Source of the DNA: an uncultured bacterium
GTDB lineage: Bacteria; Muiribacteriota; Ozemobacteria; Ozemobacterales; Ozemobacteraceae
Direction: 5' to 3'
DNA length: 64,000 bases
NCBI GenBank assembly: GCA_964472075.1
Contig: CAYYIY010000002.1
Location: 23,771 to 87,770, forward strand
Shown: piece by piece, positions 11,026-20,966 of the stretch
How positions within the stretch are numbered: position 1 is the first letter of the stretch
Layout of the letters: each line of letters begins with the position of its first letter
The notes under the pieces: model-generated
Told to the model about the DNA's origin: nothing
Database searches by the model: none
The model's input: only the letters and a program-made list of their open reading frames with translations
Position numbers and translations under genes: made by a program

Positions 11026-11137
11026 GCCGCTTCTTTCAGAACTTTTTTCTCGAACCCTAAAGTCTTCGGCAGCTCCTGCCGATGAAAGAAGCGGGAAACT
11101 CTTTCCTGCTGACGGGAAAGACCCAAAGGAGCCTGCC

Positions 11138-12673
11138 ATGAACAATAAAACGGCAATCATCACCCTGGCTGCATTTCTGGCCGCCAGCGTGGCCTGGGGC
11201 CGCGAATTCATCGAGCCTTACACACAGACGCAACTTCGATCAGCAGGTTTCAGCAGCGCACTTATTTCCCGGGCTGCCAAAAATCCGGGGCAGGAATACA
11301 CGCGCACTGTCGATGCGCGAACCGTTCGTGGCCAGGGGGACAGCCTGCCTCCGATCTCGGATGGCGGAGCTGACGCAGCCGCGGGTAACACTGCGGGCGG
11401 TGCCGCGCCGGCGACTTCCGATTCCGGCGGCACGTCGTTCCCCGACCCGCTGTCTTCACCGCCGGCCCCTGCAACGACGGGAACCGGCGATGCAACAGCA
11501 GGCTCGACCTCAGCCTCGACCGCAGAAACACCCACCCAGACGAATAAGGATGCCGTGAAGAGTTCCACCAAGGAGAGCGGCACGAGCAAGTCGACGGGCA
11601 CGAAGAAAGCGACCACAAAGAAGAAGAAGAAAAAGAAGTCGACGGCTCCAGTCGTCAGTAACGGTGCCATTGCCGTGACCCAGGCGCCTCTGCTGCCTTC
11701 GCCTACCCCCTACACGGTCGGTCGCGCCCTGCCTGCGCCGCCTCCGCTCGCCATGGGCAGTGGACAGGAGATCTATTCGCAGGATCCGGTGCAGCTGCCT
11801 CCGGTGAGCGCGCTGCCCGAGCCGTCACGTCCGACCCTGCCCCCGGTGACGCGTGATCCGATCATGATGGCGCCGATTGGTGAAGCGGTTTCACGGGTAC
11901 TGGCCTGCAACTTCTCAGGTCTGACCGGTTTGAACATGACGACTTCGGCTGATATCAGCCGCGAAGGGTCGTTCAAGATGGGATTTCACACCAACTGGTT
12001 CACGCTTGACCGCGTGTATGACCGACCGCTGGCCAGCAACGAAAGCGGCGACCTGTTCGAAGCCCCCATCTTCTTTAACTATGCGGTCACCAACGATCTT
12101 GAGACGGCGATCATGCTGCCGATCCTGAACTATACGGTCAAATCGCGCATTCTCTGGTCTCGCGACTTCCGTGAGTCAGGGGTGGGTGATGCCAAACTGT
12201 CGTTCAAGTATCGTATCTTCGATAATGGTCAGTATCAGATGCGCGGGGCATTCGGAATGGGTTTCAAATTCCCTACCGGCAGCGATGCCAAGGGTCTGGG
12301 CACCGGGAAGACCGACTTCGAGACCTTCTGTGCCTTCAGCAAGAACTTCGAACGCATCATTGCGCACCTGAACCTTGGTTATGTCATGACGGGCGATCCG
12401 AACACGCAGTTCTATCCTGATGGTCTGGCCGACATCTTCTATTACAACATCGGGCTTGAATATCCGCATAACAACAATGTCACCATTGCGACTGAAATCG
12501 CCGGCCAGGATTGGGGCGCGGAAGGGCTGAAGCTCGATGTCATTCCGTCACTTCGCTATACGCCGACCGAAAACTTCTGCTTCGAGGTCGGAGTTCCCGT
12601 GAGCGTTTCCAACGACCAGCGTTTTGGTTATAACTACCGCATTACCTTCGGTGTAACCTCGTTCTTCCGCTGA
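11138..12673 (+). CDS. Outer-membrane beta-barrel protein, hypothetical
   Basis: A signal peptide is present (MNNKTAIITLAAFLAASVAWG). A roughly 150-aa low-complexity linker rich in S, T, A, G and K includes a K8 run. The C-terminal region has alternating hydrophobic residues and ends in an aromatic-rich motif, FFR. AAAGGAG precedes the start. Confidence 0.65.
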   Translation: MNNKTAIITLAAFLAASVAWGREFIEPYTQTQLRSAGFSSALISRAAKNPGQEYTRTVDARTVRGQGDSLPPISDGGADAAAGNTAGGAAPATSDSGGTSFPDPLSSPPAPATTGTGDATAGSTSASTAETPTQTNKDAVKSSTKESGTSKSTGTKKATTKKKKKKKSTAPVVSNGAIAVTQAPLLPSPTPYTVGRALPAPPPLAMGSGQEIYSQDPVQLPPVSALPEPSRPTLPPVTRDPIMMAPIGEAVSRVLACNFSGLTGLNMTTSADISREGSFKMGFHTNWFTLDRVYDRPLASNESGDLFEAPIFFNYAVTNDLETAIMLPILNYTVKSRILWSRDFRESGVGDAKLSFKYRIFDNGQYQMRGAFGMGFKFPTGSDAKGLGTGKTDFETFCAFSKNFERIIAHLNLGYVMTGDPNTQFYPDGLADIFYYNIGLEYPHNNNVTIATEIAGQDWGAEGLKLDVIPSLRYTPTENFCFEVGVPVSVSNDQRFGYNYRITFGVTSFFR

Positions 12674-12691
12674 ACTGACTCGTACTCTTCA

Positions 12692-12721
12692 CGAACGCCC
12701 GGCCTCTGTGCCGGGCGTTCG
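12692..12721. terminator. Bidirectional stem-loop between convergent genes
   Basis: A perfect 12-bp inverted repeat, CGAACGCCCGGC-ctctgt-GCCGGGCGTTCG, lies between the 3' ends of the OMP gene and the minus-strand membrane protein. Confidence 0.5.
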
Positions 12722-12742
12722 TGCGTGCGGTCACTTTGCCGG

Positions 12743-14803
12743 TCAGCGATAAGCCCAGACTTCTCCGAACTCGTCGGCATACAGGCGACGAGAGGGAGAC
12801 GCGAAGAACTCCGTCACGCGCTGTTTGTATCCAGGCTCTTCGATGATTTCGAGAAGGGTTCGATACCCGGTGCGCGGCAGATAGAGGAGGTCGATCTCGC
12901 ATCGTTCAAGATATTGCCTGACTTGATCGGCTTGGTCAGAGACGATCAGCGCCGAAATGAACGGGTACGGAATGAGTGACATCCAGGTAAACGGGCGGTG
13001 CAGATAATAGATGCGTTCTTCGAACAATGGCAATACACGCGTATGAGAGGCGGTTTCGCTGTTGATGAACTTGTACGATCCCATGAACGGAAGCTGCGCT
13101 CGCAGCAGTTCGTCGGCGCTTTGCTGCCCACGCGTATGCTCCGCAATCAAGGCATTCCGTGAGACGGAGAAGGCGACGGTCGTCGGTAATCCGGCGACGA
13201 GAACGGCGATGATCAGACGCCGGTATGAACTGTTGAATCCTGCCGTAACGCCGATCAGCACCGAAGCCAGGCCGATAGTGGGAAGAAGGAACCTGATCTG
13301 ATGAGAGCCGAGACTCCAGACCAGGCCGGAAAGGAGACACCCCCCAAACAGCAGGCGGTACCGGAGGTTCGCTGATGTGCCGGCGGCTTGCCAGAGGAGC
13401 AGGGGGAGGAGAGCAAGCGGCGCGAATCCGATCTGGCCGTCGAAGTAACGCAGAGATGTGCCCGCATCGTGAAGTCGGCCGTAGATCGTGACATCCCATG
13501 GAAGCCGCAGCAGCGAAAATAAGTCTCTTCCCATGCCGAAGCTTTCCAGCAGGAGTTCGTGACTGGACGCGAACGGCATCTCGACCTGGAAGGTATCGAG
13601 GAAAATCTGATGAAAGGCGGGAAGATACGGTCGGCTCGAGAAGAACCACCCGAGGTGCGGAAAGAACGGATTGCCGACCGTGAGCCAGTTGCGAATGTAC
13701 CAGGGACTTGCGAGCAGAATGACGGCAAGCCCGAACCAGAGAAGGGTTCGATGGGGGTGCGGGTCGCGTTTGCTCAGGAGTCCCGGCCAATGAAGAATTG
13801 CCGCAACACCCCCGATGGAAAAGACCGCCGGCAGAGCGCCTGAGGTTTTCACCTGGGCCGCATAACCGGCGAGAATCGAGAGACAAAGCAGTTGCGGGCG
13901 CATTTCATCGGGGGCGTGAACCGTAAGTTCAAAGAGGGCAAACAAGGCGGCGAGTACGAGATACAGGATGATGAGATCCGTGTAGGCGGTTCGCGTGAGC
14001 CAGGAAAGCTGCGGGTGCAGAAGAAATGCCAGGGCCGCACAATACCCGGCGGTGCGGTTCATTCGTCTGCCGATGATCAGTAATAGAAAACAGGCCGTCG
14101 TGAGCGGCAGAAGCCAGTTCAAGACGCGCATTGCCGAATCGTCACCTACCATGCCGACCCACGTCATGAAGAGGTGAAAGCTCTGGGGGCGATTGGCCGG
14201 AAAAAGATCGCCGAGAAAGCTCAACCGGCCGAGTTCGCGGTACAGCCGGGGAATGGCCAAATGATACACTTGATCGTCATACGCGAGGTCGGGGGCGGCG
14301 ACGCCGGGGAGATCGAGAGCAGCGATCAGAATGGCGAAGGCAAGCACGACACGGACGCCGAGCGGAGAGCAGAATCGGCCCAACTCCCCGAATATCTGCT
14401 TCCAGGGCGTACGCATGATACTGATCATCGAAAAACCGATGAGTACAAGTGCTGACACCATCGTGCTTGCGGGGGTAAAGCCGACCGTCGGTCCGAAAAG
14501 AAGTCCGCAGAGAGCGGCGGTCATGAGACCGGTGGGCAGGGCAGTCACGGCAGACAACAGGGTCTGTGGCGGGCAACCGAGCAGAATGAGCAGGCCATGC
14601 CCCGAGAACCAGCACAAACCGACAGCGGCGAAACCCGGCCACAGGCGCAGGATTGCCATGCTGTTCGGCAGCCTGAAGCCGTCTACAGGGAAGGAAAGCG
14701 GATGCCAGGCAAGATATGCGACAGCCACCACTGTGGCCCAGAGGGCGGTGAGCATGATGACCGCCGTCGGTGAGTGTCGATCGTCGCAGTGCTCTGTCAG
14801 CAT
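12743..14803 (-). CDS. Polytopic membrane protein, GT-C-like glycosyltransferase (ArnT/PMT-like)
   Basis: The 686-aa protein has 12 or more predicted TM helices. An acidic YDDQVYH motif lies in an early extracytoplasmic loop, and a large C-terminal soluble domain follows. The family assignment is tentative. Confidence 0.55.
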   Translation of the reverse strand: MLTEHCDDRHSPTAVIMLTALWATVVAVAYLAWHPLSFPVDGFRLPNSMAILRLWPGFAAVGLCWFSGHGLLILLGCPPQTLLSAVTALPTGLMTAALCGLLFGPTVGFTPASTMVSALVLIGFSMISIMRTPWKQIFGELGRFCSPLGVRVVLAFAILIAALDLPGVAAPDLAYDDQVYHLAIPRLYRELGRLSFLGDLFPANRPQSFHLFMTWVGMVGDDSAMRVLNWLLPLTTACFLLLIIGRRMNRTAGYCAALAFLLHPQLSWLTRTAYTDLIILYLVLAALFALFELTVHAPDEMRPQLLCLSILAGYAAQVKTSGALPAVFSIGGVAAILHWPGLLSKRDPHPHRTLLWFGLAVILLASPWYIRNWLTVGNPFFPHLGWFFSSRPYLPAFHQIFLDTFQVEMPFASSHELLLESFGMGRDLFSLLRLPWDVTIYGRLHDAGTSLRYFDGQIGFAPLALLPLLLWQAAGTSANLRYRLLFGGCLLSGLVWSLGSHQIRFLLPTIGLASVLIGVTAGFNSSYRRLIIAVLVAGLPTTVAFSVSRNALIAEHTRGQQSADELLRAQLPFMGSYKFINSETASHTRVLPLFEERIYYLHRPFTWMSLIPYPFISALIVSDQADQVRQYLERCEIDLLYLPRTGYRTLLEIIEEPGYKQRVTEFFASPSRRLYADEFGEVWAYR

Positions 14804-15098
14804 CGGTTCTGAACCCGCATCATTCCGTAGCTTCTCCGACTTGTCGGATACGGAAAACTATAGCGTACACATCATGATCTTGTCCTTTTTATTCCCCTCT
14901 CGCGAAATGTGCTACTATGAGTCGGCCACGGGCAGCGCCGGGCTGGTTCCGATCAGCGAACTGAAAACTGTCTGCGTCGGCGTTTCGCCGGCTTGGGTTC
15001 CGTCTCATGCGGGGAAATGTCCTGAACGTGAGTGGGAAAATTCGATAACCAGTGAAGCTGCCGCGATTTTCCGCAAATCAAATCCCCGGGAGAACAAC

Positions 15099-15890
15099 AT
15101 GAAGGTCGGATACAGAGCGGAGTTTGTGAAACGGTATCTCTTTGCCCTGCTGCGGATCCCCTTCCTCTTCAGTTTTGGGGTTGCGCAACGCAGCCATCGA
15201 CAACTCATCGCGGCGATTTGCCGACATTTCGGATATTTCACTCGCATGCAGGGTGTTTCCACCATCAAGCTGAAAGACCTGTTACCGGATTTTTCGCACG
15301 GTGAGATTTACGAACCGATCGGTACTTACGGTAGTCCGTGCGCAGAGGAGATCCTGATTATCAATGAGCTGGTCAAAAGGGCTCAGCCCAGAATGTTGTT
15401 TGAGTTCGGCACGTTCACCGGAAGAACGACCTTGAATCTGGCGGCGTGTTCCCCTGACGATGCGAGGGTGTTCACTCTCGACCTGAAGCATGAAGATCTT
15501 GGAAAGACGAAGTTCGCCATGTATGCAAGCGAAGAATTGTATGTGAACAAACCGGCATCGGGAACGAGCTTTGCAGCTTCGCCGTTTGCACGGAAAATTA
15601 CGCAACTGTATGGCGATTCCGCGGCCTTTGATTTTTCTCCGTGGCGAAACCAGATCGATTTCATTTTCATCGACGGCGCGCACACGTACGAGTATGTCTA
15701 CAACGATACCCGTCATGCCTTGGAGCTGCTGCGCGATGGTCGGGGAACGATCATCTGGCATGATTATCTGATGGTTGAAGGACTGACCCGCGCATTGAAC
15801 GAACTGGCCGCTCAAGAGCCGCGACTGAGAGGAATGAGGCATATTGAGGGAACGACCATGACCATCTGGCAAAGCGGGGTTCGTGACTGA
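15099..15890 (+). CDS. Class I SAM-dependent methyltransferase (O-methyltransferase-like, Methyltransf_24-type)
   Basis: Motifs LFEFGTFTGRTT, IFIDGAHTYEYV and TIIWHDY are present. The track ORF 14331..15890 was trimmed to the ATG at 15099 because its 5' part lies antisense inside the 12743..14803 gene. Confidence 0.75.
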   Translation: MKVGYRAEFVKRYLFALLRIPFLFSFGVAQRSHRQLIAAICRHFGYFTRMQGVSTIKLKDLLPDFSHGEIYEPIGTYGSPCAEEILIINELVKRAQPRMLFEFGTFTGRTTLNLAACSPDDARVFTLDLKHEDLGKTKFAMYASEELYVNKPASGTSFAASPFARKITQLYGDSAAFDFSPWRNQIDFIFIDGAHTYEYVYNDTRHALELLRDGRGTIIWHDYLMVEGLTRALNELAAQEPRLRGMRHIEGTTMTIWQSGVRD

Positions 15891-16124
15891 TACTCCGGCA
15901 TCTGCAACCGGGGTCCTGTACGCGGTGTGCGCGGCGGGGCGATTCTTTGCCATCGATGGGAGGTGTCGGCCGCACGAGATCTCTCGCGCCGGGTTGATGA
16001 CCGCTGTGTGCACGGGAAGCCGCCCTGCGCGGTAGAAGGCGTGATGCTGCTGTCGAATCGGCGTGATTTGGAGTATACTCACGCCGTCATATCAACGGAC
16101 TTTTCTGCGCAAGGGGTGAGCCGT

Positions 16125-17288
16125 ATGTCGCCTGTTCTTCGTCTTGTCGTCGTGCTGCTGTTGATCATCGGCGGGGTCTCGACACCATGTGTCAGCGCCG
16201 CTGAGCCGGCAGCGGAAGTGCGGATCGAGCGCGAGCTGTTTCCGCAGCCGTACCAGCGTTTGCTCGACGGATACGCGTATCCCGAAGATCGTCTTCTGGC
16301 ACTGTTTCGCTGCCTGTGCGTCGCTCGCAGTGATCCGCGGTTGAGTGAGGCCATCATCAGTCTCGAGCGGGCCATTGGCGAACTCATGCGTACCCAGAGC
16401 GCCCTGTTCCGTCATCAGATCATCATCGCCGAAAATCCGAAAGAGCGAATGAGAGAGTGGTTGACCTGGTGGTCGACCACGGCTCGCCGAGCCGAGACGG
16501 CGGCGTTTGCTCCGCTGTTTCAGATGATGACGGTTGATGAAAAGCGGCGTTTCGGCTTGGAAGAACTTGAAAAAGAGTCTCTGCAGCAGGAAAACGAACT
16601 GTATGACCCGGACTATCTTGCCGCGTATGCCGACGTGATTCCTGAACGTCACGAATTTACCAGGCAGATTCACAAGGTGTACTGGTGTGAAGAAAGCGTG
16701 ACTGATCCGCTTGAAAACCTGATGACACGATTGAAGTTCGCCTTTTCAACCGAGGAAGTGCTGCGTTACCTGGTGCGTCTGCGCGGTCGTATGACTGATG
16801 GGGCGCTGCGACAGGCTCTTGCGGCTTTGCAGGAGCGTCTGGTCGTGAATCTCATCGATGATATTGTTCATGAGAACAGTGTTTTGATCGACAATGGCCT
16901 GTACGGTTCGGAGATCGCCTTTATCGGAGTGACCTCGACCGGTAAACTGCTGATTCGCGAGTCGTTGATTCGCGGGCGATTGCAGCTGTTGGTGAAGCAT
17001 GCCCGGTCGATCGACACGAACATGGATAGAGAACTGTTTGTACCGATTGTCGAGCAGGTTGGGCGGCGCCTCGTCGAACTGGGGGCGAACTCAACCGAAT
17101 CCGTGAAACAGCATCTGCAGCATATGCGCGAACGATTGCTGGAAGTTGTGAGCGATATGAGTCGGGCAACCGCTCCCGCTGACAGCATGAACGATCTGGT
17201 ACTTTTTCGCAAAATGGGAGAGTATCTGGTCGCCGAAGATCGCAACACGCTGATGCGTGGCGCGCCCGTGTTGTTCGCCAAACCGTAA
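16125..17288 (+). CDS. Hypothetical secreted protein
   Basis: The in-frame ATG at 16125 precedes a signal peptide, MSPVLRLVVVLLLIIGGVSTPCVSAA. No recognisable domain was found. Confidence 0.5.
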   Translation: MSPVLRLVVVLLLIIGGVSTPCVSAAEPAAEVRIERELFPQPYQRLLDGYAYPEDRLLALFRCLCVARSDPRLSEAIISLERAIGELMRTQSALFRHQIIIAENPKERMREWLTWWSTTARRAETAAFAPLFQMMTVDEKRRFGLEELEKESLQQENELYDPDYLAAYADVIPERHEFTRQIHKVYWCEESVTDPLENLMTRLKFAFSTEEVLRYLVRLRGRMTDGALRQALAALQERLVVNLIDDIVHENSVLIDNGLYGSEIAFIGVTSTGKLLIRESLIRGRLQLLVKHARSIDTNMDRELFVPIVEQVGRRLVELGANSTESVKQHLQHMRERLLEVVSDMSRATAPADSMNDLVLFRKMGEYLVAEDRNTLMRGAPVLFAKP

Positions 17289-17333
17289 ACTGAAACCGTC
17301 GACTTTTCGTCAGTTGTCTTCAGGAGGAAGATC

Positions 17334-17876
17334 ATGAAAAGACCCGTGTTGTTTGTGATGTTCGCGATTGTCCTGGTTGTATCTGCGACTTTTTCCCTTT
17401 CAGCCGTAACTCCCGCGGAGTGGAATCTCGGAGATCTCGGAACGGTGAAAGTTCTCGAGGGCACCCCGGTTCCCGACGTGACGGGGCGGTTCGATAAGCT
17501 GGTTCTTGTCCCTGCGGATGGCAAGGAAGAGCAGAAGGTGATCTTCGAGACCGAAGGTCGCATTCTTGACAAGTGGGAAGTCGTCAGCCTCGATGGTAGC
17601 GGCACCAAACAGTTACTGTTGACCCTTGATCCTGGTGGAAACGGCGGATTCAAGGAGTTTGCCCTGCTCACCCCCGCGAACGGCAGCTTTGAGGTGATCT
17701 GGGAAGAAACCATGAAAATGGGTGCGGCGGAAGTGAAAGATGTGAATGGAGATCAGAAACCTGACCTCGTTCTTTCCGGGACAGAAATGGATCCGGCGAC
17801 CGGCAAGATAGGACCGAAGACTCTCGAGTTTGCCTGGAAGGACGGCAAACTGGTTGCTCTCTCTCAGCCTGAGTAA
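17334..17876 (+). CDS. Hypothetical secreted protein with an FG-GAP/VCBS-like motif
   Basis: A signal peptide is present. DVNGDQKPDLVLSG resembles an FG-GAP calcium-binding repeat. A strong terminator follows. Confidence 0.55.
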   Translation: MKRPVLFVMFAIVLVVSATFSLSAVTPAEWNLGDLGTVKVLEGTPVPDVTGRFDKLVLVPADGKEEQKVIFETEGRILDKWEVVSLDGSGTKQLLLTLDPGGNGGFKEFALLTPANGSFEVIWEETMKMGAAEVKDVNGDQKPDLVLSGTEMDPATGKIGPKTLEFAWKDGKLVALSQPE

Positions 17877-17896
17877 CCGAAACCCCAACGAAGCCG

Positions 17897-17929
17897 AAAA
17901 CCCGCCTCTCCTGGAAGAGGCGGGTTTTT
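17897..17929. terminator. Rho-independent, probably bidirectional, terminator
   Basis: AAAACCCGCCTCT-cctgga-AGAGGCGGGTTTTT is a 9-bp stem flanked by an A-run and a T-run. Confidence 0.7.
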
Positions 17930-17965
17930 CTTCGATCGGGCACTGAGACTTGAGGATGTCTCCGC

Positions 17966-18175
17966 TTATTCGGAGATCTGTTCCTTCTTGAGCTGGGTTG
18001 CCTTGCCGCTCTTGATATCGAGTTTGAAGGTAAATCGCGAACCTTCGGTCTCGTAGCGAAGGTTCACGGACTTACCGTCCTTCGATCGCTCGATCCATTC
18101 ATCGACACCGCACTTTGAGAGGCAAAACGAGGTTTGCGTCCGTGGCAGTTCACGATGAAGTGTTCTGCCGGGCAC
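17966..18175 (-). CDS. Small hypothetical protein (69 aa)
   Basis: The ORF ends just upstream of the bidirectional terminator. Its C-terminal half, DGKSVNLRYETEGSRFTFKLDIKSGK, looks protein-like. There is no clear RBS. Confidence 0.25.
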   Translation of the reverse strand: MPGRTLHRELPRTQTSFCLSKCGVDEWIERSKDGKSVNLRYETEGSRFTFKLDIKSGKATQLKKEQISE

Positions 18176-18238
18176 GTGTTTTACACCAAGAGAAACGGTC
18201 GCTCCGGACGAAACCGAAGATACTCCGCGTGGCGCGGA

Positions 18239-20641
18239 TTAGAACACGAACTGCGCTCTGACTCGTACCGTATCGGATTCCAAACGGCTGCCGCGGTTGA
18301 GAACGTTGTTCATGACAGTGACTCCCGGGGGTCTCCGGGGGGCGTTGTCGGGAAGCTCATATCGGATTTCCGTGAGCCGTAACGTGAGAGAGGCAGCCTC
18401 CGCGAGACTGCATGTCAGAAGCACGGGGCGCCCTGCGAGAATGGAGTAGTCGATATTCCACGTGTTTCCGCGAATCTCGAGCGGGCAGTGATCGATGGCG
18501 ATGGAGGTCAGTTGGGCGGTGGAAGAACCGTTCAGTAACAGTCGAGCCGCAGATTTCGTCGGCGTGATTTGAATGGTGAGTAATCGCGGTGTTTCACTGC
18601 CTGGTGATTCGCCCACAAGTTGAGCAACCGGGCCGCTTACATGACTGAGTACCGGTGAGCTCTGACGAAGAATCTTTTCCGGCGCTTCCGGCAGGGCGCC
18701 CCACACTTGTTCTCCGGAAAACAAGGACGCAGGATGGGAGTCGGACTCGACATTCAGACTGCACCATCGCAGTCGTTGCGTGTCGGCATCGATATCGCAG
18801 AGCAGGTGTGTCATGCGCGGGCAGTATATCGATGGCGACGAAGCGGCGATGGCGTATGCCAGGCAGAGCAAAGTCGCTGCTAACGCGATGAGCGCATGCT
18901 TTCGGTTGAAGGTGAGCAGCAAATCATCAAGCCATGGCAGACACAAGCCGGCGGTGAGAACGGTCCAGAAACCGATGAACGGCAGTGAAAAAACGCCGAT
19001 GGCTTCCCCGATGCCGTAGAAAAAGGGAGCCGAGATTGCCGTGATTACGACGACATTCAAAACAAATAGTACTAGTCGAATAGAATATAGAACTGCGTTT
19101 CGAAAGAGAAAGAGCATGATGTGAAATGAAAAAACAGAACTGAATAAAATCCATTGCCAGAGAAAGACGCCGCTGGGCACAAATACCTGAAAGGCTGTCA
19201 AAAAGAACATCCAGACGGCGATATATCCTTTGTGCATCCGGCAGGCAGAGATCTGAGATCGGTACTTTTTATGAACAGCGATTGCGACCACCGTGGAAAA
19301 GATCAGGCCGGAAAGAATGAACCACCAGTTGGCATACAGCAGATACGGCCCCCGGATAAAGAACCCCAGGATGGCGGGAATGCAGGCGGAAAATCCGGCG
19401 AGAAGGCAGGTGTTCACAATGGCTTTCAGAACCAGACGCGGGGAGGGCGTCGAATGTGCCGAGCCGTTTTCGGTGGTTGAAAGTGCAAAAGAACCGAAGA
19501 AAACAGCCTCTGTATCGTTATCACGTGTACGAAGAACCAGGACTCCGAGGGCGAGAAGCAACAGTGACAAACTGATACTGACGATCGAGGAATAGTGTAC
19601 AAGCATCGAGCCGCCACATGTGAACCAGACAAGGTCTGAGGTCGTCTGCGATGCCGGAAATGTCATCGAACCGAAGTGTCTCGCGAAGGCGAGCGCATAT
19701 TCTCCGTGGTGCTGCAGGCTGTCGGGATCAAGATGGTCGACGGTATCATCGGCTGAGTGATAGTACGGGAAGTGTCCGATGAACGCGGCATTCATTCCCG
19801 GAATGGTATCTCGCAGCATGTGGTAATCGGTACTGAAGGGCAGACGACGATACACATCGAACATCAGTGATGACGTGCGTAACGGCGCGCCTGAACGTGC
19901 CATTTCCTGGACCAGCCAGGCTTTCGGCGCGCCGAGTTCGAACAGATACGAAGGGCCGCAGACGCCTCGTGCCTCGAAGTTAAGCATGCATCCAATCGTT
20001 TTCGCCCATGGATGCCGGCTGAAAGCCTTCGCTCCGAGAAGACCGCATTCCTCGCCGTCGGTGAAAGCGATGACGAGATCGTTTTCGAGCGGCGGGCCTG
20101 CGGTGATGGCCCGCACGGCTTCGAGAATCGCCGCGACCCCTGCCAGATCATCGGCGGCGCCCGGCCCGTACGGAACGGAATCATAGTGAGCCATGAGCAG
20201 AAACGCAGTCGGTGTCTCGATACTGTTGACCGCATCCGAGGCAGTCTGCATGGTGGCAGATGCTGAAACCAGCTCTGATTCCGGCAGATCTGACGATGTG
20301 GTCGCAAGTTGTGAATGTCGGCCGGGAAGGCGCGCATAGATGTTGCGCGGGTTACCGACACGATTGCCGCGGCAGACCGTCGGTTCTTCGGTGACGACGC
20401 TCAGTCCGAGGGCTTTGAGGGCATCGATCAGCTTCAGGCGCAGCGCATCATTCGCAGCGGTACCGGCACGATGTGGCTGTACCGCATAATCACGGATCAG
20501 ACGTAATGCTCGATGGGCCGAAAACTCCTCGAACGGCGCCTCGGTGGGCTTCGCACGCGGTGGCTGCTCCAGGTGCCAGGCTGCGAAAAACAGCAGTGCC
20601 GGCACGATCAGAGTGAACAGATGACGCATCCGAACGGTCAT
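18239..20641 (-). CDS. M28-family metallopeptidase fused to a large polytopic membrane domain
   Basis: The N-terminal region carries the M28 motifs HYDSVPYGPGAADD and FTDGEECGLLGAKAF. A region of roughly 450 aa with about 9 TM helices follows, then a C-terminal soluble tail. Confidence 0.8.
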   Translation of the reverse strand: MTVRMRHLFTLIVPALLFFAAWHLEQPPRAKPTEAPFEEFSAHRALRLIRDYAVQPHRAGTAANDALRLKLIDALKALGLSVVTEEPTVCRGNRVGNPRNIYARLPGRHSQLATTSSDLPESELVSASATMQTASDAVNSIETPTAFLLMAHYDSVPYGPGAADDLAGVAAILEAVRAITAGPPLENDLVIAFTDGEECGLLGAKAFSRHPWAKTIGCMLNFEARGVCGPSYLFELGAPKAWLVQEMARSGAPLRTSSLMFDVYRRLPFSTDYHMLRDTIPGMNAAFIGHFPYYHSADDTVDHLDPDSLQHHGEYALAFARHFGSMTFPASQTTSDLVWFTCGGSMLVHYSSIVSISLSLLLLALGVLVLRTRDNDTEAVFFGSFALSTTENGSAHSTPSPRLVLKAIVNTCLLAGFSACIPAILGFFIRGPYLLYANWWFILSGLIFSTVVAIAVHKKYRSQISACRMHKGYIAVWMFFLTAFQVFVPSGVFLWQWILFSSVFSFHIMLFLFRNAVLYSIRLVLFVLNVVVITAISAPFFYGIGEAIGVFSLPFIGFWTVLTAGLCLPWLDDLLLTFNRKHALIALAATLLCLAYAIAASSPSIYCPRMTHLLCDIDADTQRLRWCSLNVESDSHPASLFSGEQVWGALPEAPEKILRQSSPVLSHVSGPVAQLVGESPGSETPRLLTIQITPTKSAARLLLNGSSTAQLTSIAIDHCPLEIRGNTWNIDYSILAGRPVLLTCSLAEAASLTLRLTEIRYELPDNAPRRPPGVTVMNNVLNRGSRLESDTVRVRAQFVF

Positions 20642-20966
20642 GACTCACATGATACGCATCTCGAAACCTGACAGGCAATACACAGACTTCCGGTATCGTG
20701 CAAGCCAACCCCATGTGTTCTATTCCGGGCTTTCTCATCAGCATCAGGAGCGGTTCGTCTCTTGCTCTTATTCGTACCCGGGCACGTTCCCAAATCTGAC
20801 TATTCCCGCTTGTCGGGCATTGTCTGGCGGCTACATGTGGCAATGACTGGCAATACTGCCGTTGATGCTGCGCTTGACGCTGGTTTTCCTGACGGCATAA
20901 GATGGGCGCGAAACAGCTGTGTGCAGAAATTCTGCGGCAACCTTTCGAAGAGGATGTGAGCGATTC

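Noticed and set aside
14331-15098. 5' 256 codons of the 519-aa track ORF
   Set aside because: This part lies antisense inside the 12743..14803 membrane-protein gene. The methyltransferase signature begins only after the ATG at 15099, so the gene was trimmed.
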